Origin: Raillietiella orientalis
Taxonomy: Eukaryota
Length of the DNA stretch: 64,000 bases
Direction of reading: 5' to 3'
Assembly (NCBI GenBank): GCA_036172245.1
Contig: JAYWIR010000029.1
Location: forward strand, 682,001-746,000
The position numbers were made by a program, and so were the translations under genes. Numbering within the stretch: position 1 is the stretch's first letter; the number at the start of each line of letters is the position of its first letter. This document shows positions 37,818 to 51,600 of this stretch, piece after piece. A model generated the notes under the pieces. The model did no database searches, had not been told where the DNA came from, and saw only the letters and a program-made list of their open reading frames with translations.

Positions 37818-40800
37818 CTAATTGCCATTAGCTACTGTCAATTCCACAGGTTGCTGGGAATCCATGGCATCAGTACTTTCTTCTGTTTGTATATCTTCAA
37901 CTTGAACAAGATTACTGCCTTCTTCTTCTGTTGATATTTGCGACTCCGAAGCTATTATTTCATTCTGTGGAGCTAATCCACAATCAGAAGACTTTTCAGG
38001 ATTTGCAGGCTCTGACTCTTTCTGACGTTCATCTCTCTCTTGATTCAAAAGCTCACATTGACGCTCAACCAAGCGCTGAAATGTATCCTCATCGACCGCT
38101 TTGCCACAAAGCTAGAAGAGCAACGCAGGTAACATCTTGCTGGAGAAAAATACATGATCAAATCACCTTTTTCAATTCTTGCTGGAAAGTCTCACTGGAC
38201 TCCAAGAATTTACGCTTCTTACTCTCAAATTTCTCTTCAATTTGAAACAACTCCGACTCCAGTTTTTTCTACACTCTTAAAACTCGCAACAGATAATAAG
38301 CACTTCTACATACCTGATGCATTTCCAATGATTGCACTTGTCGCTGCAATACTTGCATCCTGGCACTAGTAACCACTGTACGAACATCTGGTACCATTGT
38401 ATCAGAAAAAATTTCATTGATAAGGCGATGATTGCGCATGTACCTTGCATGTGCCACATGTTTTATTGAAAAACCATCGTCTTGGTCTACTGGACAGTTC
38501 CTATTCTGCATTCTTATGGTACACTTACCTTCTTCATCTTGGGCAGGTTGAATATCAATACGGCGATCTGCCACACCACTTTTGGAACTTCTGTTCTCTC
38601 GTTCCTCTTTCTCTTCCACTACTGGTAGAGCTACAACCACAGATATCGGACAATTAACTATGTTCTCACCTGTTTTTCCCTTAACTTTAGCAGTAATGTA
38701 TGCCTGATATGCTGGAGAACTGTGATATGTTTTCAACTGTTTCTCGTACTCTAGCTATAAGACAAGATTAATGTTGTCATTTTGTAAACATACTCTGAGG
38801 AAAGAATACCTTAAAAGAGGAGGAGGCCAGATTAAGGTAAGAATGAGGATTTAGTGTTTCTAGCTGGAATGGCAAGGGCTGACTTGGGAGATTAGGAAGA
38901 AAGGATCGAACAGAAAACAAACCTTTTCAGTTTCATACTCATCAACGTAATCCTGCTTGCTTGATTCTGGCAACTCTCGCCACATCTGACCAATGATCTT
39001 GCCAATTTCCCAAAGCTTTAGGTCTGGATTCTGACCTTTCACCTGATCCCATACTTTGCGACTGTACCTCATGTATGGCATGAGAGGTTTCTCAGGTGCT
39101 TTTGGAGGTTTGGGGATTTTGGCATCATTCTGATATAATGAATGGCAACCTGGTTACTGGCAATTCAAACTTACTGCAACTGATTTCGTCGTCAGTTTCT
39201 GTGGATTGAAATGGGGATGACCATGAGAAGACTGAATAAATGGGGAGGCAGACAGTGAATCTCTCTGTAATAAAAAAGCATGTGTACATAAAATAATGCC
39301 CTTGAGTTGCAGCATGAGATTAGCATAAATACTTTGAATAGGCATGCTGACAAGGTTATCAATAAGTGGCAAACAAAAAAGTTATACATTTAATAAAAAT
39401 TTAAGAATTAACTTATGCAATTTGAAAGAAACAAAACACTCACATTGGAAACAACTTGACTGGTCACTGCTCGAAGGCGCTCTAGAGGAAAGCGATTATT
39501 CAATTTAAATCAGGAGATAAACAAATTTTATGTTAATTTCAATCTTGTTTAAAAACTTTTCTTTGATTCAAGCAAGAAAACAAAAATAAGGAGAATTTCA
39601 AGATAATCTTACCTTTTAAAATATTGAATGTTACAGGTGTCTGAGGTAAATATTCTAAAAATAATATAACATTTATGCCAAACTAAAAGCAAATAAATGT
39701 GAAATTTACGTATAGCAAAACAGTAAAAAAACATTAGCAAGACCAAGCAATAATACAAAAATTAACTCTTAAAATTAAAAAATGTTTCCAAAATTAAAAA
39801 ATTTATCACAATTTACAAATCGTTACAATAAGAAAAAAATTTGCAAATCCAATAATTAACTCCATTAAAAGTTTATATTTCCAGTTTCGATCATTGAAAT
39901 GCGATTACATACCACTTGAGTGAAAAAAAAACAAATAAAACACGGTCACCACCACAGAATAAAGAGATTATGCATGAAAAGATATATTCATAAACATAAT
40001 CAAACTTAATATACAAAACAACTTTCTCAAACAGAATAAATAAAAAATTATAATTTCAGTTTATGAGATTTTTTTAAAAAAAAGAACTGCCATATTTTTT
40101 CAATTGATGAATCATCTGAAAGCATTTCAAATAAGTGTCCATGGCATGCATAAAAACAAAGCAAACACAAGCAAAACAGCTTCAACCAAAATTTTGTGAT
40201 TGCTGATTTGGAAAACTAGTTCAGACTTCAAACAAGTTTACAAAAAAAAAAAAAAAAATTCTTATTTACATTTTTTTTTTGTATTTACAGAAAATGCATT
40301 CCCATTCAATCACAAAAACTCATGAAAATACATAAAACAGTGCAATTTGTTTTCCAATATTAAAATAAAAGCAACAAAACTTTAAACATATTCCTATATT
40401 TAAACTGTATGAAAAACTGGCCATGATGAAAACTTCATACCCTGTTCAACACTTAGGTTCTAATATTTTCAGATGGACTTCGCATTAATACTTTAACACA
40501 AACCTGCAGAAATTTTAAAAAACAGATTATGGACAAAATTGGGCACAGAATACCACCATTCAGCATTATCCAATACAGTTAAGCAGCTGCAACACTGAGT
40601 TAAACTCAGATGCAGAAAACAAACTAAGGCCTTCAGCAGAACAATAAATCATGAGAAATATATTAACAGGTCAGATCTCTCATTTAAAACAAATAGGTAA
40701 TTCATTCACTTTAGTCAAAACAAAATATGAGCTAAACAGACCATGGCACATGTGTTTTTCTTCATCCATCCTGCAGATGTACATACAAAGAACCATACAA

Positions 40801-43299
40801 AGAACACAAATATTCAACTCATATAATGGAGCAACTGTTACTAAAGGGAATTTGTGTATTACCATGTATTGCATTATCTACATGAAAAGATACGCAACAC
40901 TTTTTTTAATTGCCGTTTACAAAAACATCAGGGATTGTTCAAATGACTAGGAGAAAATGCGAAATTATTTGACTATTAAATACATGATGTTACAACATTG
41001 TTAGCCTAGAAATTATATGCACAGAAAACAATAATCATATTGCATAGCTGTTCTTTAATCCTAAGAAATAAACAAATACCTGACTTATAGACCAAGATGC
41101 ATAAATTATTGTTCATTTTTAACTTAACATAAAAATTAAACAAAGTAAGACTACCATAAAAACATGGGAACAATAATTAAAATAAGCAGTTTAATTACAA
41201 CTTAGTTCACTCTTGATTCAGCATGACTGATAAAATACCTAAAATACTTCAAACCATAAAACATGATTTTGAGGTTAACACGAAATTTAATACCAGAATC
41301 CATTTTGTAACACCAGGACACATGGTGTACATAAACCACTTCCATATACCATACACGACATGTGCTTTTCACTTATAAGGATCATAGAGCACGAGAAAAT
41401 ATTACCACATTTTTGGTTAAAGGGGTGCTTCTAAACTGTAATCAAACAAGACACCATATGTATTTCTAAGATTTAAATTCTGTTTTCAACTGATAATTCT
41501 GATGCTATACCTGGTGTTCTTACCATACAAGTGCACATAAATATATTTATGTATAATCACCATACATACATTTATGGATGTTACAGAATTTATCATTATG
41601 TAGATAGGTATATCCAATAAAATACACATATAATACATACATAATACATACATATAATTTTTTTTACCTATTATCATAGTCCTATTAAATTCCCATACTT
41701 TCTAAGAAGTAAGCTTTTATTCATGTACAATTTGTTACTAAAATTCTTGTCAAGTAAACTTTTCAGTTCTGATATTATATCCTTTCACTTAAGCTCAATT
41801 CATAGAGAGAATTTTCATGTACTGATTGATAGTTATGAAGTCTTCTTTCAAGAAATGCAGTTTTGCACTAGTTCTTGCCATAAATCCCTCACTGCGCCTT
41901 AAACTGATGAGTTAGGAAAACAACTAGCTTTAAATCCCTCCAAAGATTTAAAAAACCATTCATCAAATATCATAATGTGATCACTAGTACTTTTTCTATG
42001 GCTACAAAAATTAGATAGATGTAAAGCCCAAGTGATGATTTTTGAAAAATCAATATGACATTCTTGGTGACATCAGAATCTCAAGCTTAATATTCAAACT
42101 AAAACTGCTTCCAGAGGAAATGTAATCAGAGGAAATGTTTCGGCATTTAAATATTCATAAATAAATAACTTATTCTACACCGAGATTGTTTTCTATGAGA
42201 AAACTTCACAGTTTGGTAGCACACATACTTATTTCTTTCCCAATTTTCTTTACTAAGTTTTAGGATTTTTTTTTTTATTTGCACTTTTTTTGCATTCCAT
42301 AAGTTGAAGGCTATTACAAACAAGAAAAACAGTGATAAGATGCCCAATCATTGGAAAAGGATTATTCATGAACACAGTTGTTTTCATTATCCAACCGACT
42401 GCATTTCCTTTTGAGATTTGATGTTCTCCATGAATTTTTCTTGAAATGACCTTCCCAAGATCACACTTTAAAATGTTGCTAACCTGACCATGATACACTG
42501 CAAAGATCTATGACAGCATGCCTTATTCTACTGATGAACTTTCAGGAAATGAACCAAATAGTTTCTCCGAAAGCTTAATTTAGCCTGCAATACAAATTAA
42601 GCCAGTGCCTTTCAAGAAAAGTTAACCCCTTTTACTGTAAGCTTCTGAAATTGGAATAAAAGCTGGTTGTGAAAACAGATTTCAGATTCATAAAACTATA
42701 CTTTATCGAAACCGTGAATATAACGACGATGCTTCATGTAGCATGTGTTCACCCAAAATCAAAAAGTGGACCTATATTTTTATGAGATGTTCATGTCGCT
42801 TATTTAGATTGTGAAAAGAGATTACTTACTCACTCTGACCCAAAACTTAATATTGCTAAAAAATATTTACTGTAAAAATGTAAAAGCAAAGCAAGAACAA
42901 CTGCATTCCATGTCATTTCGATTGAATAAATAGATAACGAGGTATACAATAAAACACTGCACGTATATATGTAATCGGATAATGAACTGGAAATATCCTT
43001 CAGTTTTCAATTTATTCTAAAAATTACATTCTGAACGCAATTAACAATACACAAAACTTGAACATGTTTATGAGCTAGAAGTTTCCATTATTGGCATAGC
43101 ACTCAACCTTTACTGTTTGAACTTAAAAGCTTAGCTATCAAGTTCAAACTGAAGTACACACGTAACCAACACGAAGCTCAATACGGTCAATTAAAAAGTA
43201 CATAGCTCTTCAAATATTGGACTTACGTGCACCTCCTGACAATGTGGCTGCTTGCTGAATGGCTTGCAAGCTGTTTCTATAATTTATTGGAAGTGACAT
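37818..43299 (-). CDS. SMARCE1: SWI/SNF (BAF) subunit SMARCE1/BAF57 (Drosophila dalao/Bap111-like), HMG-box protein
   Basis: Exons traced by eye with GT-AG junctions: 43299-43227 (MSLPINYR...), ~39654-39613, 39481-39444, 39264-39175, 39129-38923 (HMG box [23 protein letters not shown]...[15 protein letters not shown]), 38754-38670, 38630-38529, 38486-38314 ([15 protein letters not shown]...VPDVRTVVT...[12 protein letters not shown]), 38268-38167 (KKLESEL...KKRKF) and 38111-37818. The NHRLI motif and coiled coil are diagnostic of SMARCE1. The small 5' exons are less certain. Confidence 0.95.
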
Positions 43300-43839
43300 T
43301 CTGTATTCTTAGCTCAAACACAATATTATTCAATTCATTCAAAATAGCAGAAATAAGCCAAATACACTATTGCCACCTAGCGAGAAAAACTGCATATGCA
43401 GTCGCAAAATTAAATTATAAGGAATTCTTCCACTTGAGTCAGTATTTTTCAATAAACATGTATAAGAACTTATGTGCATATCATCCCATCATTGTCCAGC
43501 CATAAGCATGATAGCCAGATACAGAGTCTATCTCCATCTAATGAATAAACAGAAATAATTCTTTTAAATGGTAGCGCAGTTTTTTTTAATAAATATTTTC
43601 CTGAAACCTTTATGTAGTCACTTATTAAACATCCCTTTGATGTAATGCATGTAGGAAACGGCGTATATATTAATCAACGGAATATTAATAGTGTGACAAT
43701 CAAGTGAACTTGCTGAAGAATTTTATTCTATAACATTCAGTGCCAATTTAGAGTGCAGAACAATTTAGACTCCAGAAATCATTCTCAATGGATAAACTAC
43801 TGATTATAAGAGTAATCAGTAGTTAATATAGTTTAAGCT

Positions 43840-44415
43840 CATTTCCAGTTGCGAAATGCAGTTTTGCTTACGCGACTATGAAACCCCACGTACTCGATCA
43901 TTGCATGCATTTTCCCAGGCTATAAAAATAATTCGCTTCGCAAGTATTTTAGAAATTTAATAATACGAAAGAAAACAAGTGAATAAGCAATATTTCGAGC
44001 TTTATGATTCAGATGAGTGATTTAAGCTAACATATTTATGACTGTAATCTCTTTCCACTCACAGACTTAACATGTTGGATCATTCATGCATGCTCAAACT
44101 CTTTGAACTGCTTCTCGGTGTTTTTGACTTGGAACGAAATGAAGACCACGAATTGAAGCTACATCAAGTGGTGCTATAACCTTCATACCCAAACAACCAT
44201 CACTGCATTTTAGGAATGATTCGAGAATATTCTGCATTTACCGCACTTTGTTTCCATCTTCTCTCTATCTAGGTTTCCTTGATGCGACTTTCTAGTAGAA
44301 AATCTAAGTGCCTAAATAGCCGAAAAGACAAAGTGACTGCATTTCCAGTTGCGATATGCAGTTTCGCTTGCGCTGTTATGAAGCCCCAATTCTCGATCAC
44401 TGCATGCATCATTTC
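43840..44415. repeat. Diverged ~75-bp direct repeat (43840-43915 and 44340-44415)
   Basis: CATTTCCAGTTGCGA(A/T)ATGCAGTTT(T/C)GCTT(A/G)CGC...TATGAA(A/G)CCCCA...CTCGATCA(T/C)TGCATGCAT is present twice, 500 bp apart. Confidence 0.8.
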
Positions 44416-47400
44416 CTTCTGTACGTCAGACGAGAGCATCCTGCGGCTGCAAGTCTCTAGGAATTGGTGACAGAGAACATAAGATCTTAGAGATTCGTCT
44501 GGACGTCTGAGGTCTGACCCAGTCCTCTGAAAGAGCAAAATATTCATCCTGAACGCATGCTGTTCTTTTGAGAATACGTAGTTTGCACTGACTTGGACAC
44601 ACGAGAAGGCGGAATTCCGATTCGGCCGTACAGCTCTTCTCGATTGGAGTTTCACACTCTTTTCAGGCCATCATGGTAAGCTCCCTGGGCTCATGTGATC
44701 CAGAGAACAACAATGCTCCCAGAGATCTGAGTCTCCCAAGGATTTCTTCAGAAACCATGAGGGGACTCATAAGTTCATCGGTTATCCAGTGCAGTAGGGA
44801 CATAGGCTGGACACACTGACTCGGCCAACCACTGGATGCAAATAGATATTGGGCACTCACAAGAGAACAGCCAACAAAATAGTCACTAGAAAGAGGCTGA
44901 TGACTAGACGATGCCACTGATCATTCATGAAAGACGAGAACAGCTTGAAGAATGTGAAAAGCCCCCTTCTCTTCATATTTTGATGTTATCCTGAAACGAA
45001 ATTGCAAGTGAATTGTCATTGGTGTTTGATAAGTAAAATTAGTTTTTTAAGAAGCCGAAGAAGCAAGTTGAATGAAAACTAAAAACTTAGAGTTTTGAAA
45101 TCCGGAACTAAGCTAAAATTTTCATAAAGATAAGAAGGAAAAGTAAATTAAAGTAAATGCGAATAAATTATATTTAATAAGAATAGATGTAGTTAAAAGG
45201 GAAGTACAGTATTGATAAGGAATGCCACTAGAAATCAGCTGTTATATAATGAGATTTGGAATTAGTAACTTTAGACTATAAATCATGTCAGAAAAAACTA
45301 AGTAAATGATGCATCTTTGTAAGATTAAATGGAATGAGAGCATTTGGTGTTCTTTTGTACCAAAAGTATTACATTTAATAAGAGTATTTTATAGATGTTG
45401 TTCCAATGAATGCTTTTCCCATCATTCTTCCTGTATATACTCAAGTAGAAAACTTCATTGGATTCCAACAAGCATGTACCAAAAGAGGGAAGGATTCATT
45501 ATCTGATACGTAAAGTATCAATGAGCTTTAATTCAAAATAAGCAATACGCTAATGAATCTCGAGACGCCAGCCTACTTTGAATCTATCAGAAATCTAATG
45601 TATGGGAAAATGGACAAAATATCAAGAGTGAGAGTCAGATTCGACTGCAAGGCTAACAAGAGTTCAAAGAAAGAATAAAAGGAAAGAAAAATTGAGCAAA
45701 AAACAAGCAATCGAAGCTGGATATGATATAGAAGGAAAAATTTTCTTTTGAAACAGCCAGTCTGCAAAATAAGAACAAAAGGAAAATTTGATGATCTACC
45801 TACAAATTCCATGAATCTAACTGGATACAGAAACCTTCATTTGAAGATATTCTTTGGATTGGTTCCAGAAGATAGGATCAAACATTTTGAACATGCAGAA
45901 ATACAAAGATATCCTTGGAAAATATGTTTTTAGAAGGAAATCAGGATAACGAATCCTGGAATAATCATTCGTAACTCTTGAATCTGCATCTATAGTTCAG
46001 TAAATTTTTTGCTCCAGTGACCACTGAGCATGTTGAAAACAAGAAATCCTATTGAGGAGTTAGATGAATAAGAATAAGGAATGGGGTGTATCAGTAGCAT
46101 TTAATGGTTCCTGAAAACATATGATAATGTTGGAAGATATTCATCCTTTTTATATATTCAACATTGAGATAATTGTAAGTATTCCCTTGATATCGTGGCG
46201 AACAAGAACATGAAAACACTTATGAAACCGTTTTCAAATTTCTGGATAGAACTTTGTTCAGGACTGTTGGAAGGTGAACCACAGAACAATAGTTATTCCA
46301 GTTCAGAATAGTAATTGTAATACTACACATTTAAGGAAGACTTTAGGACAATGAGACTGCTTATACACCCCTGTTTTTGAAACTACAAAATATGGAGAGA
46401 ACTGCTGACATTTGGCATGAAGTTTTTTTAAAGAAACAGAACACCCTGGAATTTAGAATTAGGTTTTGTTGTTTTCTAATTTTTGTTTAAGGACTTTTCG
46501 GATTCATTCTTCCTGGGACAAGATGCAATTTTTCTTTCGCAACTTAAAATTGTCTCTTGAATTAAAATCGATGCCTTTACACCGATCTCTCCAAATCTTC
46601 AGTTCATCTAAGCCAACGTGCAACGAACACACAAGATAATTTTTGAAAAGATCGCCTGCACTTATCAGCATCCTCTTAAACGTCCTACTTTTTTCGTTCC
46701 TAGGAAAGCGTTCATACTGATTTCAGCTTAGCATCTCCTTCAATCCATGGTCGCGCACTTTCCCTATTTTTTTTTATGTTGGAAGAAGCGACAGTAGCAT
46801 ATATGGAGAATAACAAGAGTGGACACCCACTGACACATTGGATGCCCAGTTTTGTCGACTAAATTAGTCAAACGTAATTATCGTTTTCTAGATGAAGCAC
46901 TTATGTTTTACACGGTTACAACCCGTGATATTGATGAAACTCCAAACAGAACCCTATGGTGACTGCAAGCAGACTGAAACGAACGAACGCCCCGTGCACT
47001 GAAAAATGCTGAGGACTTCCTGAAAGCCAAAGCAACGAAGTGGTGGAAGTGGTGAGAAAAGGAATAGCAGCTTTCCATGCTTACATCTGGAGGCAGTCCG
47101 TCATCAGAAGGCAGGTAGCGAAGGAAATCCACCACATGCTGGCTTGAGGACTCTACCGCCCCCAACGTACAATATTTAACAGGCCGAAAAGCTCTCTCGT
47201 CAAGTCGCACTTTTTAGCAGACAACTGTCTTGTCAGACTGTATGAACAAAAAAAAAGGGAAACTTAGGCCAGTGTAGTTGTGGTTATTCTTTTTACATCC
47301 CATCATTTTGGGAATCCCTCTTTGATGGATGGCATTACATTTACGTTAGAAAACACGAACTTTTTCTTACACTTGTCAATTGTAAATACTGTGATATGCT

Positions 47401-48643
47401 TTTTGTACACGTCAGATATGTTTGGTACTTATGTTTTTTTTTTCTTTTAAACAAAAGAAAAACACATATACGAATAATATATGTATACATATACGAATCC
47501 TTGATCGTTGTAATAGATCGCAATAGATCGCAGGCTGCCTTAAGCACAACAGCCCGGTCGCTACTGAAGCCGTCTACAGGCGACTTACGTTATTTATCCT
47601 GAATGAAACAAAGTGTGGATATCTCCAAATTGATAAAGTTTTCTCCATAGAAAGTAGGCAAAGGGCACTTCTGGCATGTCCAGATCTGATTTCCGATGGA
47701 CTTTGGTCAGTCACGAACCAAAACTCAGGTCTTCATTACTTAAAATGATAGCCGAAGCAAAGTGAACTAAACCATAACCAGAGCTCCTCTCGAGTAATAC
47801 TGAAGCACGACGACCAACGTTTGAAAAGTGAGCACATGCTTTTGCCCACTGAGGATGCACTTTGAATAAAGAACTTTATTCGTTGCATGTCCTGCGTGGG
47901 GGAACGAAAAATTCCGCTAGTCAGGAGTCCATTAAAATGAAGAACACGTCGACAACGTCAAAGACATTCGAATCGTTACGAAATACACTGCGCCAAAAAC
48001 AAATGGTTGCCACATTACGACTAATGAGCAATCCAATTACAGACTAGTTTGCTATTGTGCATTTTCGTGCTAATCACATTTTTTCCGGACAAAAGAAAGC
48101 CGTGCTTTTCGGCACTTTACACGTGAAGGATACCTCTACAAAGGCACCATTTCTTTTAGCTGCGGATGGAAGTGTAATAGCAGGAAGGTCACCACACACA
48201 ATACTTTGTAAATTAGCAAGCATCTTACTAGACAATTTTTGCTTCATGTATCAAAAGTTGACAAACTCGCGCCGAGTACCATGTGCCAGTATTTTTTATT
48301 TATTGAACATTGAAATGTTTGAAAACGGCTTCCTTAAGTTTTCAATTGAATCACTTGAATTCTGTTTCACTCATAAAAGGTTTTGCAGTTGCAGGTACTT
48401 CATTTTCTTTGAGATACGAGAATAGGATACTGTCTTTTAAACGTTTATCTCGTGAATCATCTGTCCGATGCTGAAAATGTCCAACACATCTGCCATGAAG
48501 TCCATGTTGGAAAAGGGTTGGGAATAAACGGAACTTTTTCTTCGTGAACAATGGAGTCTCAATTCAACCACGTAGCAAATATCAAGAAAACCTTCACTGT
48601 TTGCAGGGGAACAATAGCACATCCCGTGCAAGACTAGAAGTCA

Positions 48644-51600
48644 CTATGATCTGCTATCACCATTTTTATTGTTTTTTAATGTTCGATTGGATGAAAGAAT
48701 CTCCTGAGAAATAAGATTTTCTATAAACTCTGTGTTCTGCACTAAAGTGTCTTTTTCTTTCACATGAATTGGCTGAAAGCAAGTTCTATTAGAATCTTGC
48801 AACACTCTTGGTTTATTCAAGAGAATACATGGCTTATCCAACTTTGGAACACATGGAGATGTAGGTTTTTGATATGATATTCTGTAAGTGTAACCAATAA
48901 TCAAAGATTGAATGCAATATCTGGAAAACTTACTTATTCTGCAAAGGCTTCCGATAATGGACATCTGGCTTTTTGTTTGTGCCTGATACATCTGTTTGCA
49001 TCCCTTGGATCTTTTCCGATCCTAACTTTGACTCCTGCAGATAAATCTGGTAGAAACATAACCTTCTGAACATTGGCACTTACAGAAGAGAACTCTTTTG
49101 ATTGCAGGACGTTCATTTTATTTTCTTTCCATTGAATAGCATCTAATTCATGTTTCAGCCTACAATTCTGAAAATATTTTTTATAATAAAGTGAATCGTA
49201 TGACTCTGTACCTACTTCCATTTTTGCAAGTTTGATTTCATTTTGCAAAAATTCTAATGTTCCCATTTCATTTATTTGATTTAAGAGTTTTAAGTTCTGA
49301 GCTTCCAGGTGACTATTTATCTGCTTATAGTTCTCAATAATTTCTTCTTTCTCTTGAACCTCTTCCATAAAATCATGAAGTTCTTGACGCATTGCTTCCA
49401 GATCATGTTCCAGTTTAGAATTCATCAAACGCTCAGTCTGGAATTGCATCGTAGTATCTTCAAGTAATTCTTCAAGTTCTTGTTGCTGAGAACTTGATTG
49501 CTCTTGACCTCTTTCATTACATTCCTGATGAATAAAATATTCATTTGCCATGCTTGCACCACCTTTGTAGACTTCCGATCTAAATGTATTGGTAGGCAGA
49601 AAATAATCTTTTTGATCAGTTAACCTTGCCATCTTCTTGTCGTACCTAGGTGGATGAACAGCATTTATCCTAAGATCTCCAAAACCATTTTCATCTATCT
49701 GTATTTCATGAATAGAGGGACACAGATTTATATCACTGCTAGCAGATGGTGATCTGCTTTGAGGGTTATGATACTGCCTGCTACAATTGTCTGATTGCAC
49801 ATTGGTAACAGGGCCTCGTGCAATCTCAAGATTTCTCAGACTGAAATTACAACCACCTTTCTTTAATTTGTACAGCTCTTGGTGATAAGTCTGTGCATTG
49901 TGCTCCAATTCTGTTATCCTGCTTTGTAACTGAGCAATAGTTTCCTGAGCTTGCTTTTCAGCCCATTCTGTTACTAATATTGTTTCTTTGGATTCTTCGT
50001 ATTTAGCCTTCCACATTTCTTTTTCATCTATTACAGCTTGCATGTTAGCACTTATCAATTCCTGTTTTTCTCGAGCTGACAATAACTGTTTCTGACAGTC
50101 AGCCAGCTGACTCTCACAATTTAATAACCTTTTTCTCATATTGTCTGCCATGGAATTAGTTTCTTGAAACTTGGAAGATAACAACTGTTTTTCCATTATC
50201 ATATCAGATATAGTTTGTTTGAAGTTGATTTCTAATTGTTGTTGCTCTGATAAGCATTGATGAAGGTCAGCAATTTTTTGTGTTAGTGCCACAACTTGTG
50301 CCTTTGACTGTTCTAATTCCTGTCTAAATTCTTCTTGCTTGGTAATTTTTTGCTGCAAATCCTTACACATGGTTTGCCATTTCTCAGCATTCTGTGTTGC
50401 TCTCTGAATTTCTAATACATAAGATTCCTCTTTACTATTTAAAGCAGAAATTTGATCCTGTTTCTCTGATAACTGTGCACATAATTCATGAATATTTTGA
50501 CTACTTGTTTCATTCAGGGTTACATATTTGCACTCCCAATCCATAGCTATGTTTTTCATGGTTTCTATTTTATTGGTGAAAAATTCTCTTGCCTCTTGAG
50601 CTGATAACAACTGTTGTTGAAAATCATTTATTTGATTCTCGTAAGTCATCAATTTTTTTCTGAACTGTTCTGTTTCGCACTTATTCATCTGCAGCTGGCT
50701 AGATAACAACTGCCTTTCTTCTGTCAATTCTTCCACATTTCGTTTCAAATCCGCTTCTAAATGCTTCTGTTTAGATACAGTTTCCTGAAGGCTATCAATT
50801 TGTTGGATGTAAATAGCTATTTCTTCAGTCTTGGATTCTTGTAACTTTTGTTTTAATTCTTTTTCCCTGACGACCTCATTTTGAAGATCTTTAGATTTCA
50901 TTTCCCATTTTTCAGCTTCTTCAGTTAATCTTTGTATTTCTGACACGAAATTTTTTTCTCTATCTTCAGAAATCGTGATCTTCCTTTGTATTTCTGCTAA
51001 TTGAGCGTGTAAATCCAGCACATTCTCGATTTTCGAGTCACTTAATTTCTGCAATTCACTCTTGCAGTCAGAAGCAAGTTTTGTAGCTTCACATTTCTTC
51101 ACTGTGACAATCTGTAAATCACTTTCGAGCCACTCAATTCTATGCTCCAAAGCATTGAGCTCTTCTAAATTTAATTCATCTGGAGAAGGTGTCTGCAAAT
51201 CTTTATCTGTTTTACCTCGATTAGAAAGTTCCAATTCTAATTCACTAATTTTTGCAAAAAGTACACCATTAGCATCAATGAAATCTTCAATTTCCTTATG
51301 TTTTTCACTTAATGTCTTTTCAAGACGAGAGATCTTTAAGGTACACTTCTCTACCTGTTCACGGGATGCAGAAAGTAAATCTACAAATTCCTTTTTTTCT
51401 TTCTCCAGTTGAGAACAAGTATTTTGTAAGGCGAAAAGTTCAACATTCATCTCGTCATTGACCTTAGCCGCATCTTTTTTGCAACTTTCTTCAATTTGGG
51501 AACGAAACTTAGGAAGAAATTCCTCAAATTCCTTCTGAATCGTTTGTGCTTGTTCTGCCAGAGCTTGCTGCTTTTCTGTGTTTAGCGTTTTTTTTATGGA

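Noticed and set aside
39700..43200. Intronic snoRNAs in the large SMARCE1 intron
   Set aside because: The C-box-like RTGATGA hits I noticed are on the antisense strand and lack convincing D boxes or terminal stems.
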